Positions 1 through 7,549 of a DNA stretch of 26,322 nucleotides are shown in pieces (positions within the stretch are counted from its first letter, which is position 1; the number at the start of each line of letters is the position of its first letter). This DNA is from a virus. Its lineage: Duplodnaviria; Heunggongvirae; Uroviricota; Caudoviricetes. Below the pieces are notes generated by a model. It saw only the letters and a list, made by a program, of their open reading frames with translations, made no database searches and was not told the DNA's origin. The stretch covers positions 1-26,322 of IMG/VR virus record IMGVR_UViG_3300045988_013119. One strand, written 5' to 3'. The position numbers and the translations under genes were made by a program.

Positions 1-41
1 ACTGCATATCGTCGGCAGCGTCAGATGTGTATAAGAGACAG
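1..41. other. Synthetic Illumina Nextera adapter: 8-nt i5 index ACTGCATA followed by read-1 adapter and Tn5 mosaic end
   Basis: Positions 9-41 read TCGTCGGCAGCGTCAGATGTGTATAAGAGACAG, which I recognise as the Nextera read-1 adapter ending in the 19-bp Tn5 mosaic end. The 8 nt before it match the index I recall as N506/S506. Confidence 0.95.
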
Positions 42-73
42 TATTTATACAGTTATTGCATGGAGAAGATAAG

Positions 74-331
74 ATGCAGCAGTATCACTATCCACTGGAA
101 GACGGATTTACCGAAAGGATTCACACGCCGGGAGGCGTCAGGTCACTGGTGGAGGGATCGCACTTGATGAAATTACTCCGGGATCTCGATAAGGATGGAT
201 TTAATGTCGATGGCCCACTTGCCGAACTGACTGCACTGATTAACTACGTCACCAGCTCACAGATGTCTATGCAGGATCTGCAAACACATCTCGACTATTG
301 TGCCGAACAATTACGAAAACAAACCCGGTAA
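74..331 (+). CDS. Antirepressor C-terminal-domain-like protein, possibly 5-prime truncated by the contig edge
   Basis: ATG at 74 is preceded by GGAG at 62-65. The ORF track begins at a TTG at 56 and the frame stays open back into the adapter. The protein (IHTPGGVRSLVEGSHLMKLLRDL...LQTHLDY) is clearly paralogous to the C-terminus of the 1477-2163 protein (IHSPSGVLGLTENSLLMNLLNQL...IQTHAEY). Confidence 0.55.
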   Translation: MQQYHYPLEDGFTERIHTPGGVRSLVEGSHLMKLLRDLDKDGFNVDGPLAELTALINYVTSSQMSMQDLQTHLDYCAEQLRKQTR

Positions 332-337
332 ATTTAA

Positions 338-355
338 AGGCCGCAAGAGCGGCCT
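338..355. terminator. Hairpin AGGCCGC-AAGA-GCGGCCT between convergent ORFs, candidate bidirectional terminator
   Basis: A 7-bp GC-rich stem with a 4-nt loop sits between the stop of 74-331 (+) and the stop of 354-1082 (-). T/A-rich tracts flank it on both sides. Confidence 0.45.
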
Positions 356-1082
356 ATCGTTTCGCTTTGTGCTCATCCCAGCACGTTTTGCACCATGCCA
401 TTAAGCCGTCCGCATTTTGATTATTAGGGTAAAAGCTGGTTCGTTTTCTGCGGACATTACAAATTGGGCACCACTTCATATGGCGTGTATTCTTTGGGCC
501 ATCGAGACACCTTGCACACCACTTAGTCAATCCATCTGGATTTTTTGACGATTTCCTGAATTTTTCATATGGAAGGTTTATTCTGCATCGCAAGCACTGC
601 TTGCTACCACTTGAAACTCTGTTAGCTGATTCTTCTTTTGGCGGCGATGCAGAAGGTATTCTTGCTGGCTCTGATACTGCCTGAGGTGCTTTTTTAGATG
701 ACTGAGACGATATGTCATCACCAGGGAATCTTCCATGATATGCCGGACGCGTTGACACTCCAGGTGGAAGCTCAGCTGTAAACGGCTTTGGCTGAATCAG
801 TTGCCTCTCTTTTGCTAACTCCTGCTGTTTATAATATGTCTGGATTACCGCACTATCATAAGCAGGAGGTGCGGAAATATTAGGCGCATTACCTCCAGTT
901 TTTTGAAACTGAGTAGAGGTGTGTTCTATCACCTGTGTACGATTAATCGTTATCTCCCCATCTTCGGTCTTTATCGTTTTGTTATGATTAACGACCGTAC
1001 GATCAGAGATCTTAGTCTTGTTCTGGTTGATAACGTAAATAATCACCGCAACCACACCAACAACTATCCAGAAAACTTCCAT
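354..1082 (-). CDS. Membrane-anchored protein with a C-terminal tandem Cys-rich (zinc-ribbon-like) domain; function unknown
   Basis: 242-aa ORF with GAGG 7 nt upstream of the ATG. Residues 4-18 (FWIVVGVVAVIIYVI) form a hydrophobic helix followed by K/R residues, then a Ser/Pro/Gln-rich linker. The C-terminus carries repeated CxxC ... DGL..WCxxC units (CLRC...PDGLTKWCARC; WCPIC...ADGLMAWCKTC). Confidence 0.8.
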   Translation of the reverse strand: MEVFWIVVGVVAVIIYVINQNKTKISDRTVVNHNKTIKTEDGEITINRTQVIEHTSTQFQKTGGNAPNISAPPAYDSAVIQTYYKQQELAKERQLIQPKPFTAELPPGVSTRPAYHGRFPGDDISSQSSKKAPQAVSEPARIPSASPPKEESANRVSSGSKQCLRCRINLPYEKFRKSSKNPDGLTKWCARCLDGPKNTRHMKWCPICNVRRKRTSFYPNNQNADGLMAWCKTCWDEHKAKR

Positions 1083-1101
1083 TGCTTTTCCTCACAATAA
1101 C

Positions 1102-1118
1102 ATTACCTTAAAGGTAAT
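1102..1118. promoter_or_regulatory. Operator-like palindrome ATTACCTTAAAGGTAAT (copy A of ATTACCTT-N3-GGTAA)
   Basis: Perfect 17-bp palindrome 20 bp upstream of the start codon of the 354-1082 gene, in a divergent intergenic region. The same half-sites recur at 1195-1211 and 19342-19358. Confidence 0.45.
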
Positions 1119-1194
1119 ATCTTGCTTTCAGGTGATCAAGCGTTAAACGCAATCAACCAAATACGGTTGATTTTAATATTTCTTCGCGTTTATC

Positions 1195-1211
1195 ATTACC
1201 TTTGCGGTAAA
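1195..1211. promoter_or_regulatory. Operator-like inverted repeat ATTACCTTTGCGGTAAA (copy B)
   Basis: Shares ATTACCTT-N3-GGTAA with copies A and C and lies 93 bp from copy A in the same intergenic region. A TTTACA hexamer follows at 1212-1217. Confidence 0.4.
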
Positions 1212-1476
1212 TTTACATCGCACTCCTCTTGTGCCATAGTAATCGGGCACTGGATTTTGCCAGTGCCGGGATTGGCGTCCCGGGTTACTACAGAGGCACA
1301 TATGCCGCATAAGCGGTTTTTTTATGTGTAAAGCGCACCTATTCTATGGTGGGCTGTGTGGGGGCACCGAAAGGTGCGCCGGGTCCTTTGTAGCCGGTTA
1401 CGCCAACCCTGCACAGTTCACCACCAACCGATTGGCGTCGGTAGTGGTGATTAACCTAACTACAAAGGTGATCACT

Positions 1477-2163
1477 ATGACTGCTAACGTAACCCCATCT
1501 GTTTTTCATTTTGAATCAGAGGCAACCATTCGAGCCATTGTTATTGATGGAAATCCTTGGTTTGTTGCCAAAGACGTTATTAAAGCTCTTCAACTGACAA
1601 ACCCCACTATGTCAATAAAATCTCTTGATGATGATGAAAGGGCTAAATTTAACTTAGGCCGTCAAGGCGAAACCAATATTATCAACGAGTCAGGCCTCTA
1701 CACACTGATCCTCCGCTGCCGCGATGCGGTGACACCAGGCACTATCCCCTACCGCTTTCGTAAATGGGTTACAGGTGAGGTTCTTCCTCAGATCCGCCGC
1801 ACCGGAAGTTACATTAAAAACTCGCTCCCGCAGGAAGAACGCATAAAGATGGTTGCCGACCAGGTAGCCAACGCCACGGCGTCAGCAGTAATGCAGGCGA
1901 TGAAGATAGAGAACAAAACCTACAGTGCCCCGCTGAAGCCCGGCTACCGCAGCCTGATTCACTCGCCGTCTGGTGTTCTCGGCCTGACGGAGAACTCACT
2001 GCTGATGAATCTGCTGAACCAGTTACAGGAAGACGGGCACGACGTATCGGGCGCGGCGGCAGAGCTGACCACCATGTTCTGCTACATCGTCGGTGTGAGC
2101 AAATGCCTGCGTGATATCCAGACGCACGCGGAGTACATCAACGACAAAGCAGGATTCTTCTGA
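1477..2163 (+). CDS. Phage antirepressor with Bro-N/KilA-N-like N-terminal domain
   Basis: ATG at 1477 with AAAGGTG 7 nt upstream; the ORF track's longer start at 1324 lacks an RBS and runs through structured leader. The N-terminal region (FHFESEATIRAIVIDGNPWFVAKDVIKALQL...) is typical of the Bro-N antirepressor family as I recall it. Confidence 0.8.
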   Translation: MTANVTPSVFHFESEATIRAIVIDGNPWFVAKDVIKALQLTNPTMSIKSLDDDERAKFNLGRQGETNIINESGLYTLILRCRDAVTPGTIPYRFRKWVTGEVLPQIRRTGSYIKNSLPQEERIKMVADQVANATASAVMQAMKIENKTYSAPLKPGYRSLIHSPSGVLGLTENSLLMNLLNQLQEDGHDVSGAAAELTTMFCYIVGVSKCLRDIQTHAEYINDKAGFF

Positions 2164-2311
2164 CAGAACGGCGGCACATGGATGTGCCTTTAAATAATTC
2201 TGTACAGATTGCAGACTGTTGGTGAATAGCGTACTATTACCTCAAGGGTAAACGGATTGGTTTCATTTTTATTAATCCGTGTAATGAACTTATGAGATAT
2301 GAGGTAATGTC

Positions 2312-2485
2312 ATGCGAAACGAAAAATTGCAGATGCGTAGAGCGCAAGCTGCCGCAAGACGTTCTTTCAATGGAAGCGTAGAGTGCGTAAAAGTTACTAT
2401 GACAAAAGATCACGCAAGTCGCGTATCCCGCGCTTTCTTTGATTCTCGTAACAATAAGGAAAATTATGAGTTCGTCTGCGTCGCA
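2312..2485 (+). CDS. Small basic ORF (57 aa) overlapping the start of the YafO-like gene; candidate partner/antitoxin, unverified
   Basis: ATG at 2312 with GAGG at 2301-2304 (7-nt spacing). The ORF ends 20 nt inside the downstream gene, the usual toxin-antitoxin overlap geometry. It is below the size cutoff of the supplied ORF track. I recognise no homology. Confidence 0.3.
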
Positions 2486-3011
2486 GAATGATAAAAATCA
2501 AATTGTCAGATATAAGGGTCGAGTATTGCATACGCAAAATTTCTCGGCCCTTTGTGCATCTGATCTTGAGCTGAAGAAAGTATCTGATGCCTTTACCCAG
2601 TATTGGAAAACGGGATACCATCCATCTCTTGGTAAAGATGCTGCATTTGCTCGTCCGACAGAAATGCTTAAACTAAATGTCAGGCATACTCATGTCGATA
2701 ACCAAGACTATATTCCAGAAGATAGTGATAAAAAACACACTGGTAAAAAATCATCTTGGGATGCATGGAAAAATATAGCGTCTGTGCAAGTAAAATGCAT
2801 ACCAACAAGTGATTGCTTTTTAGTTTATTCGGTAAATCACAATCGTGATGCGCTGGTTATGTTTTTTGTTGACGCAGATGCCCACAACATAACTGAGCAA
2901 GAAGAGTTTAAAGAGGCAGCAATCACTATCAGTTATCAATTCTTTGAGAAAACAAAAACAGAACCAATGCCTTTAGAAGAAGATCTTTTTTCTGATAAAT
3001 GGAAGGAATAA
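2466..3011 (+). CDS. YafO-toxin-like domain protein (181 aa) encoded on a moron-like cargo locus
   Basis: ATG at 2466 with AAGGA upstream; the track's 2439 start lacks an RBS. Motifs GKDAAF...VRHTHVD...FLVYSVNHNRDALVMFFV...ADAH parallel the E. coli YafO motifs as I recall them (GRDALY...VAHIHL...HLVYCQG...). The gene looks AT-rich by eye, has its own terminator and is transcribed opposite to the tail genes. Confidence 0.7.
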   Translation: MSSSASQNDKNQIVRYKGRVLHTQNFSALCASDLELKKVSDAFTQYWKTGYHPSLGKDAAFARPTEMLKLNVRHTHVDNQDYIPEDSDKKHTGKKSSWDAWKNIASVQVKCIPTSDCFLVYSVNHNRDALVMFFVDADAHNITEQEEFKEAAITISYQFFEKTKTEPMPLEEDLFSDKWKE

Positions 3012-3032
3012 GCCCGCGTTGCGGGCTTTTTT
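3012..3032 (+). terminator. Rho-independent terminator of the YafO-like gene
   Basis: GCCCGC-GTT-GCGGGC hairpin followed by TTTTTT, immediately after the TAA stop at 3009-3011. Confidence 0.7.
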
Positions 3033-3072
3033 GTGTCTGCGGATTCCCGCCCGGGCGGCGGTGGCATTCGTT

Positions 3073-3097
3073 AAAAACAAGGCCGCGAAAGCGGCCT
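3073..3097 (-). terminator. Rho-independent terminator ending the minus-strand late operon
   Basis: On the minus strand: AGGCCGC-TTTC-GCGGCCT followed by TGTTTTT, downstream of the 46-aa ORF stop. Confidence 0.65.
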
Positions 3098-3109
3098 GTG
3101 ACATGTCAC
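3098..3109. repeat. 12-bp perfect palindrome GTGACATGTCAC, copy 1
   Basis: Exact 12-mer also present at 20382-20393 and 22647-22658. Here it sits between the stop of the 3117-3257 ORF and the terminator hairpin. Confidence 0.9.
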
Positions 3110-3116
3110 GCTCACG

Positions 3117-3257
3117 TTATGACAAGCCTATGTACCCTGCTACACCAGATAATATCAAAATAACTGCAACAGCAAATTCGCCATCGTCAATGATACATTT
3201 ACGGTTCATAACGCCAAGTGCAACAAGCGCAAACACAACAAGAATAAAAGCAATCAT
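3117..3257 (-). CDS. 46-aa small membrane protein (two predicted hydrophobic helices), holin-like candidate
   Basis: ATG with AAGGATGAG RBS 9 nt after the stop of the 824-aa gene. Translation is MIAFILVVFALVALGVMNRKCIIDDGEFAVAVILILSGVAGYIGLS. Absent from the supplied ORF track because of its size. Confidence 0.5.
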   Translation of the reverse strand: MIAFILVVFALVALGVMNRKCIIDDGEFAVAVILILSGVAGYIGLS

Positions 3258-3266
3258 TTCTCATCC

Positions 3267-5741
3267 TTATTGCGGAGTGACATCCTGTGGTCGCCACCAG
3301 TATGTCTGGTTAAACTCTTTCTTCGAACGTTGCTCCATTTTACGCAAATAGCCTGGTGAAAAATACTCCTGCATCTGGTTAAAGATCATGTGATCGAGAG
3401 CCGCCTTTAAGTACCAGAGATTCGCACCTGGCATCAAACCTTTCCCCAGCTTCACCAGATCACCACCAGTCTGCTCACTCTTCCCTTCCACAGCATTTAA
3501 CGGTATGCCCTGAGCAATCTTCACTACGTCATCAACCAGACCAGCTACCGGGCCAAGCATCGACGCCAGCGCGCCGCTTCCGTACCTAGTGTGATCTGAC
3601 AATAAAAAGTCACCGTAAAGGCCAAGACCACCACCTTTCAGTAGAGCACCAAGCCAAAATTTAGCAGCATCTTCTCCTGTCATCTCGCGAGGATTACGAC
3701 CAGACGCAAGGTCGTTAAGTTGCTGCGACAAAGCGCCAAGAATGGTCGTACTGGCAATAAACGTCGCAATATATGCCGCACGCCCACCAGCAGACGGCAT
3801 ACCCATAGCGCGTGACCAGTGACGCATAACTACCGAGATAGGGAACGATTTAAACAGGAAAACACTTCTCGTTAATTCACCTTTCCATGTTCCACGCTGA
3901 ATACCAGAACCGGTTATCAGTTGCTCACGTGCTCCCGGTGTAATAACAGCCATATCAACTTCTTCAGTTACGGCACCGAGAAGTTTACGCATTGCCTCAA
4001 ATTTCACGCGTTCAGGCTCACCAAGATGTTTAACTGCTGAATCAGGGATACGCATAATGCTTTCCGGTGTCAGCATCGTATTATTGCCGTTCCCCCAGTC
4101 CTCCTGTTGCGCCAGCTTCCATACGCTCCAGTCTGTTTCAGTAATCCCTTTGCTTTTCAGGATACGAAAATCAGAGTCATCGAGGCTACGAAGGTCTGGT
4201 GTCCGTGACACTACCTCTCCCAGGCTTCCCATCATTGTTACGCCATAGGCGCGCTTGTGCGCATCTGACCATGCTGTAAGCCCACTGGCACGCATTACCG
4301 CCGTTGCCGCCCAACGAGACACAGACGGCCCCATATTATCCATTGCCCAGCGGTTAACACTGCCAAGTAGAGATTCCATCGCCAGACCAGCGCGGCGCGC
4401 CCGCGCAAGCTCAGTACGGTTCGTTGGGTCCATAGCTTCAAGCTGGTTGCGGAATAACTGGTTCATTGGAAGGTTGGTCACCTTCGCAGACAGATACATG
4501 GTTCCAAGATCAGAGAACGATGACAGCAACGCGGATCCTAGTCGGCTGGCAACCAGCCAGTTGCGGATATTGTCAGACCAGCGCGCGATGTGCGGATTCG
4601 CTACAGGCTGTGTCTTTCCGGAAATAAAGTTGTACAGATTCTCTGTGTTGTTCGCCAGCCGCTCGACTTTACCGGTTTTACTCGGGTTAGCTGTTGCCGT
4701 TTCTGCCTTCACCTGATCAAGAAGAGAGCGGAAAACATGATCGGGGTTTGGGCCATATGTTTCCACCAGTGCAATATCTTTACTGATACCTTCCAGGTGA
4801 CCGACCATGATTTCCCATAGAGAGCGATCGCCATAAAGTTGCTGATATTGCAGATAGGAATCTGCATCTTTGAAATGTATCTGTCGTGATGCATTACCCC
4901 GGTTAGCACGTGCGCCGGAAATTCGCATTCCGGTATCAGTAAGCTTATTCAGCCCACCAGTAGCGATCGTGTTATAAGCCTCTCCAAGAAATGCAGACAA
5001 CTCGGCATCGTTCATCAGTTGTCCATCGACTCGGGTATAATATTTGCGATCCAGCTTACCTATAACATCGCTAACCCACTTATCCTTTGATACCGCCCCA
5101 ACCTTTTCCATAGAATGATGTTGAGGGATCCCCCAGTTTTCGAGATAGCCAATGTCCCCACCAGCATCATTAAACCGGCGGCGCAGTAGCTCTGTCACTT
5201 CTCTCCACGCCTTAGCACCTTTTCTTGCTTTAGCATTGCCAGTATTTTGCCCTCGCATTTCATATACCAGGTCACGCACGCCAGCTTCATCTTCAAACAG
5301 GCCAAAAAAGCGAGGATCAACTGCTTCAAATGCCTCCTGCAATTGACTCAATGCATAATCACGAGTGGCTTTTGTTCTGGATTCAACAGAGAGGAAATTC
5401 GATTTACCGTCTGCATTAAAAGCAATAGTACGGTTAAGAGCGCCAAGTTTCCCATCAGCCCCTTGATAGCTATTGATAAATTTATCCAATCTCTGACGTG
5501 CGGCTATAGTGAGAGCCACACGACGTTTCTTTAATGCCGCTTCTCGCTGTAATTCTTCAGATGCCAATTGTGCTGCACGATACAACCGTTCTGATTCGGA
5601 AAGTTGTCGCCACGACATCGGATCATCACGAGCAATGGAGCGCATATTTCGATAAATGCGGTCTTCAATGTTCTGTATTTCTCGCGCCGTTAACGTGCGC
5701 TGCGCCGCCTGCTGGACCGCTTGTATACATTCCTGTCTCAT
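3267..5741 (-). CDS. Large internal virion (ejection-type) protein, 824 aa
   Basis: Last large ORF of the structural operon, with GAGG RBS. The C-terminal third contains hydrophobic Gly/Ala-rich segments typical of podovirus ejection proteins. Position matches the T7 gp15/gp16 slot. Confidence 0.8.
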   Translation of the reverse strand: MRQECIQAVQQAAQRTLTAREIQNIEDRIYRNMRSIARDDPMSWRQLSESERLYRAAQLASEELQREAALKKRRVALTIAARQRLDKFINSYQGADGKLGALNRTIAFNADGKSNFLSVESRTKATRDYALSQLQEAFEAVDPRFFGLFEDEAGVRDLVYEMRGQNTGNAKARKGAKAWREVTELLRRRFNDAGGDIGYLENWGIPQHHSMEKVGAVSKDKWVSDVIGKLDRKYYTRVDGQLMNDAELSAFLGEAYNTIATGGLNKLTDTGMRISGARANRGNASRQIHFKDADSYLQYQQLYGDRSLWEIMVGHLEGISKDIALVETYGPNPDHVFRSLLDQVKAETATANPSKTGKVERLANNTENLYNFISGKTQPVANPHIARWSDNIRNWLVASRLGSALLSSFSDLGTMYLSAKVTNLPMNQLFRNQLEAMDPTNRTELARARRAGLAMESLLGSVNRWAMDNMGPSVSRWAATAVMRASGLTAWSDAHKRAYGVTMMGSLGEVVSRTPDLRSLDDSDFRILKSKGITETDWSVWKLAQQEDWGNGNNTMLTPESIMRIPDSAVKHLGEPERVKFEAMRKLLGAVTEEVDMAVITPGAREQLITGSGIQRGTWKGELTRSVFLFKSFPISVVMRHWSRAMGMPSAGGRAAYIATFIASTTILGALSQQLNDLASGRNPREMTGEDAAKFWLGALLKGGGLGLYGDFLLSDHTRYGSGALASMLGPVAGLVDDVVKIAQGIPLNAVEGKSEQTGGDLVKLGKGLMPGANLWYLKAALDHMIFNQMQEYFSPGYLRKMEQRSKKEFNQTYWWRPQDVTPQ

Positions 5742-5746
5742 TTAAT

Positions 5747-7549
5747 TTAACCTCTCAAGAAACACGCCACAGCAACATCAAACAGGCTGGAATCCTGTAT
5801 TGCCTGCTCACTTTCCCTGTTCGCTTCATCCAGTACTTCACGCGCACTGCGCGATTGTGGATTACCATCATCATCCAGCACGGTGATTATCATGTCCGGA
5901 GATTCAAGCAGCGAGTCTTCAGCTATACGCAGATCAATATCTCCTGCCGGATCTGCCATCATTTTTTGTTCTGTCTGTTGCAATATCTTACCGGGCTCAA
6001 AAGGAGCTACTTCGTCTGGCGTCCTGACCTCTGCTGTTTTATAGAATGAAACAGCCTGAGCATTAAGTTCACTTTCAGCCTGCTGTCTCCGTGCCAGTTC
6101 TGCTCGAGCTTCAAAAAACTGACCGCCAGGCTCATGCGGTGCCAACGCGTTACGGGAAAATTCCAGGCGTTCTTGTGCCTGCCGGATTCGTTGGTCAATA
6201 TCGCGAATTCTGGCCTGTTTATCTGATCGAGCACGAGACAAAGCTTTACCGCTACCAGTTGGCTCTTCTGCAAGAATTTGTGCGCGCTGTTCAGTGAGAT
6301 TGTCGATAATTCGTTGGCTATTAGCGATTTCAGACTGGTAAACCTGTCTATCGCCACGCGACAAAAGCTGCGCGGCCTGTTCTTCAAGCAACCGATTTTC
6401 TATAGCGCGCGCCGTTTTTCCATCATCTACAGATGACAGAGCCTCATTAACTGCCTGAGAAAGCAGACTCTTGTGCCCAGGGATTTCACTGAAAGATGCA
6501 GACTCAACAATGCTGGCAACGTCTACAGGTCTCCCCTGGCTAACATCAGACATGGCTTTTCGCAGAGCCTGAATGTGAGAATTACGCGAAAGCACGTTGA
6601 TCGGCACGCCAGGAGCAATATCAATTTCAGCATGATGAGCGGCATTCGCCGCCAGTGCAGCATCGATATCAACTGGTGAAAAATTTGGTGCGCTTGTAGA
6701 CTCGCCGCGAGAGTTAATAAATCTGCCGACACCACCAAACGCCACCCCAAGAACAGCATCAATAGCAATTGCCTGTCGATCCAACACATCATACTGGTTA
6801 GCCATTTCGCTATAGCCACCATCACGAAGCGTTTTTGCAGTAAGCCCACGCTGTGCCATACCGAACGCAATATTTGTACCTGCGGCATAGGCAATATCTG
6901 GCGTTGCACGTACTGCTGTTGCTGCGGCGCGTCGCACTGAACTCTCACCCGTCCGCGCAAGCTGAGCCGCCACACCTTCCGCCAGCGCACCACCAGCACG
7001 TAACCCGAGGCTCATAGGGATCAGTGTTCCGGCACCAGCAGTAATGCCCTGCACTAATCCCGCTTCCTGCGCCGTCCTGAAATCAACACCCTGTGCTATC
7101 AGCCGTTCAAACTCAGAAAAACCCTGTAGCGAAGTTACCGCCGCTGCACCTCCGACAGGACCACCGAGCGTTGTACCGACAACAGCCTGCCCGCCCATAT
7201 CGAACAACCCATAAAGAACCTGCCCGGCGGTTCCGGTTGTCGCGGCATCAGGCGTCAGCCGCTTAACCTGCTGCTCTGCTAGTTTTCTCTGCTCGGCAAT
7301 GTATGAAACTGAAGTATCATTGAGCGAGGTGTTTTCGTTAATAAACTGAGCAATCGGGGATACGATTTTATCCATCCCAGCCCATAGCAACTGATCTGGC
7401 TTTGCCACCAGCCCGGAGTACAAACCAGACAATGCCGCTCCTACAGCATTGTCGAAAAAACCAACATCGCTGTTAAAGCCCGCTGGATTTGATGCTGCTT
7501 CGTCAAGTTGCTGATTCTGGTTTACTGGATTAAGGCCAAAGTAACTCAT
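5747..7549 (-). CDS. Internal virion (ejection-type) protein, 600 aa, Gly/Ala-rich
   Basis: Stop overlaps the start of the adjacent upstream gene. The middle region is strongly Gly/Ala-rich and the C-terminus is predicted coiled-coil. Confidence 0.8.
   Translation of the reverse strand: MSYFGLNPVNQNQQLDEAASNPAGFNSDVGFFDNAVGAALSGLYSGLVAKPDQLLWAGMDKIVSPIAQFINENTSLNDTSVSYIAEQRKLAEQQVKRLTPDAATTGTAGQVLYGLFDMGGQAVVGTTLGGPVGGAAAVTSLQGFSEFERLIAQGVDFRTAQEAGLVQGITAGAGTLIPMSLGLRAGGALAEGVAAQLARTGESSVRRAAATAVRATPDIAYAAGTNIAFGMAQRGLTAKTLRDGGYSEMANQYDVLDRQAIAIDAVLGVAFGGVGRFINSRGESTSAPNFSPVDIDAALAANAAHHAEIDIAPGVPINVLSRNSHIQALRKAMSDVSQGRPVDVASIVESASFSEIPGHKSLLSQAVNEALSSVDDGKTARAIENRLLEEQAAQLLSRGDRQVYQSEIANSQRIIDNLTEQRAQILAEEPTGSGKALSRARSDKQARIRDIDQRIRQAQERLEFSRNALAPHEPGGQFFEARAELARRQQAESELNAQAVSFYKTAEVRTPDEVAPFEPGKILQQTEQKMMADPAGDIDLRIAEDSLLESPDMIITVLDDDGNPQSRSAREVLDEANRESEQAIQDSSLFDVAVACFLRG

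Noticed and set aside
9-41. Tn5 mosaic-end sequences as evidence of a real transposon
   Set aside because: They are in adapter context with Illumina indices at both contig ends, so they are library-preparation artefacts, not an integrated Tn5.
1122-1331. 69-aa plus-strand ORF in the antirepressor leader
   Set aside because: No RBS, runs through hairpin-rich sequence, translation hydrophobic/aromatic noise. More likely structured noncoding leader.
3098-3109. Reading GTGACATGTCAC as a CRP site (TGTGA-N6-TCACA)
   Set aside because: The spacing between the TGTGA and TCACA halves is 4, not 6, so it does not fit the CRP consensus.
3019-3351. 110-aa plus-strand ORF
   Set aside because: Spans two opposing terminators and overlaps the minus-strand 46-aa ORF and the 824-aa gene end; not compatible with the terminator structure.
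4255-6049. Several plus-strand ORFs (4255-4716, 4590-4820, 5152-5346, 5247-5534, 5534-6049)
   Set aside because: All are antisense to the large internal virion protein genes and lack start contexts. Shadow ORFs.
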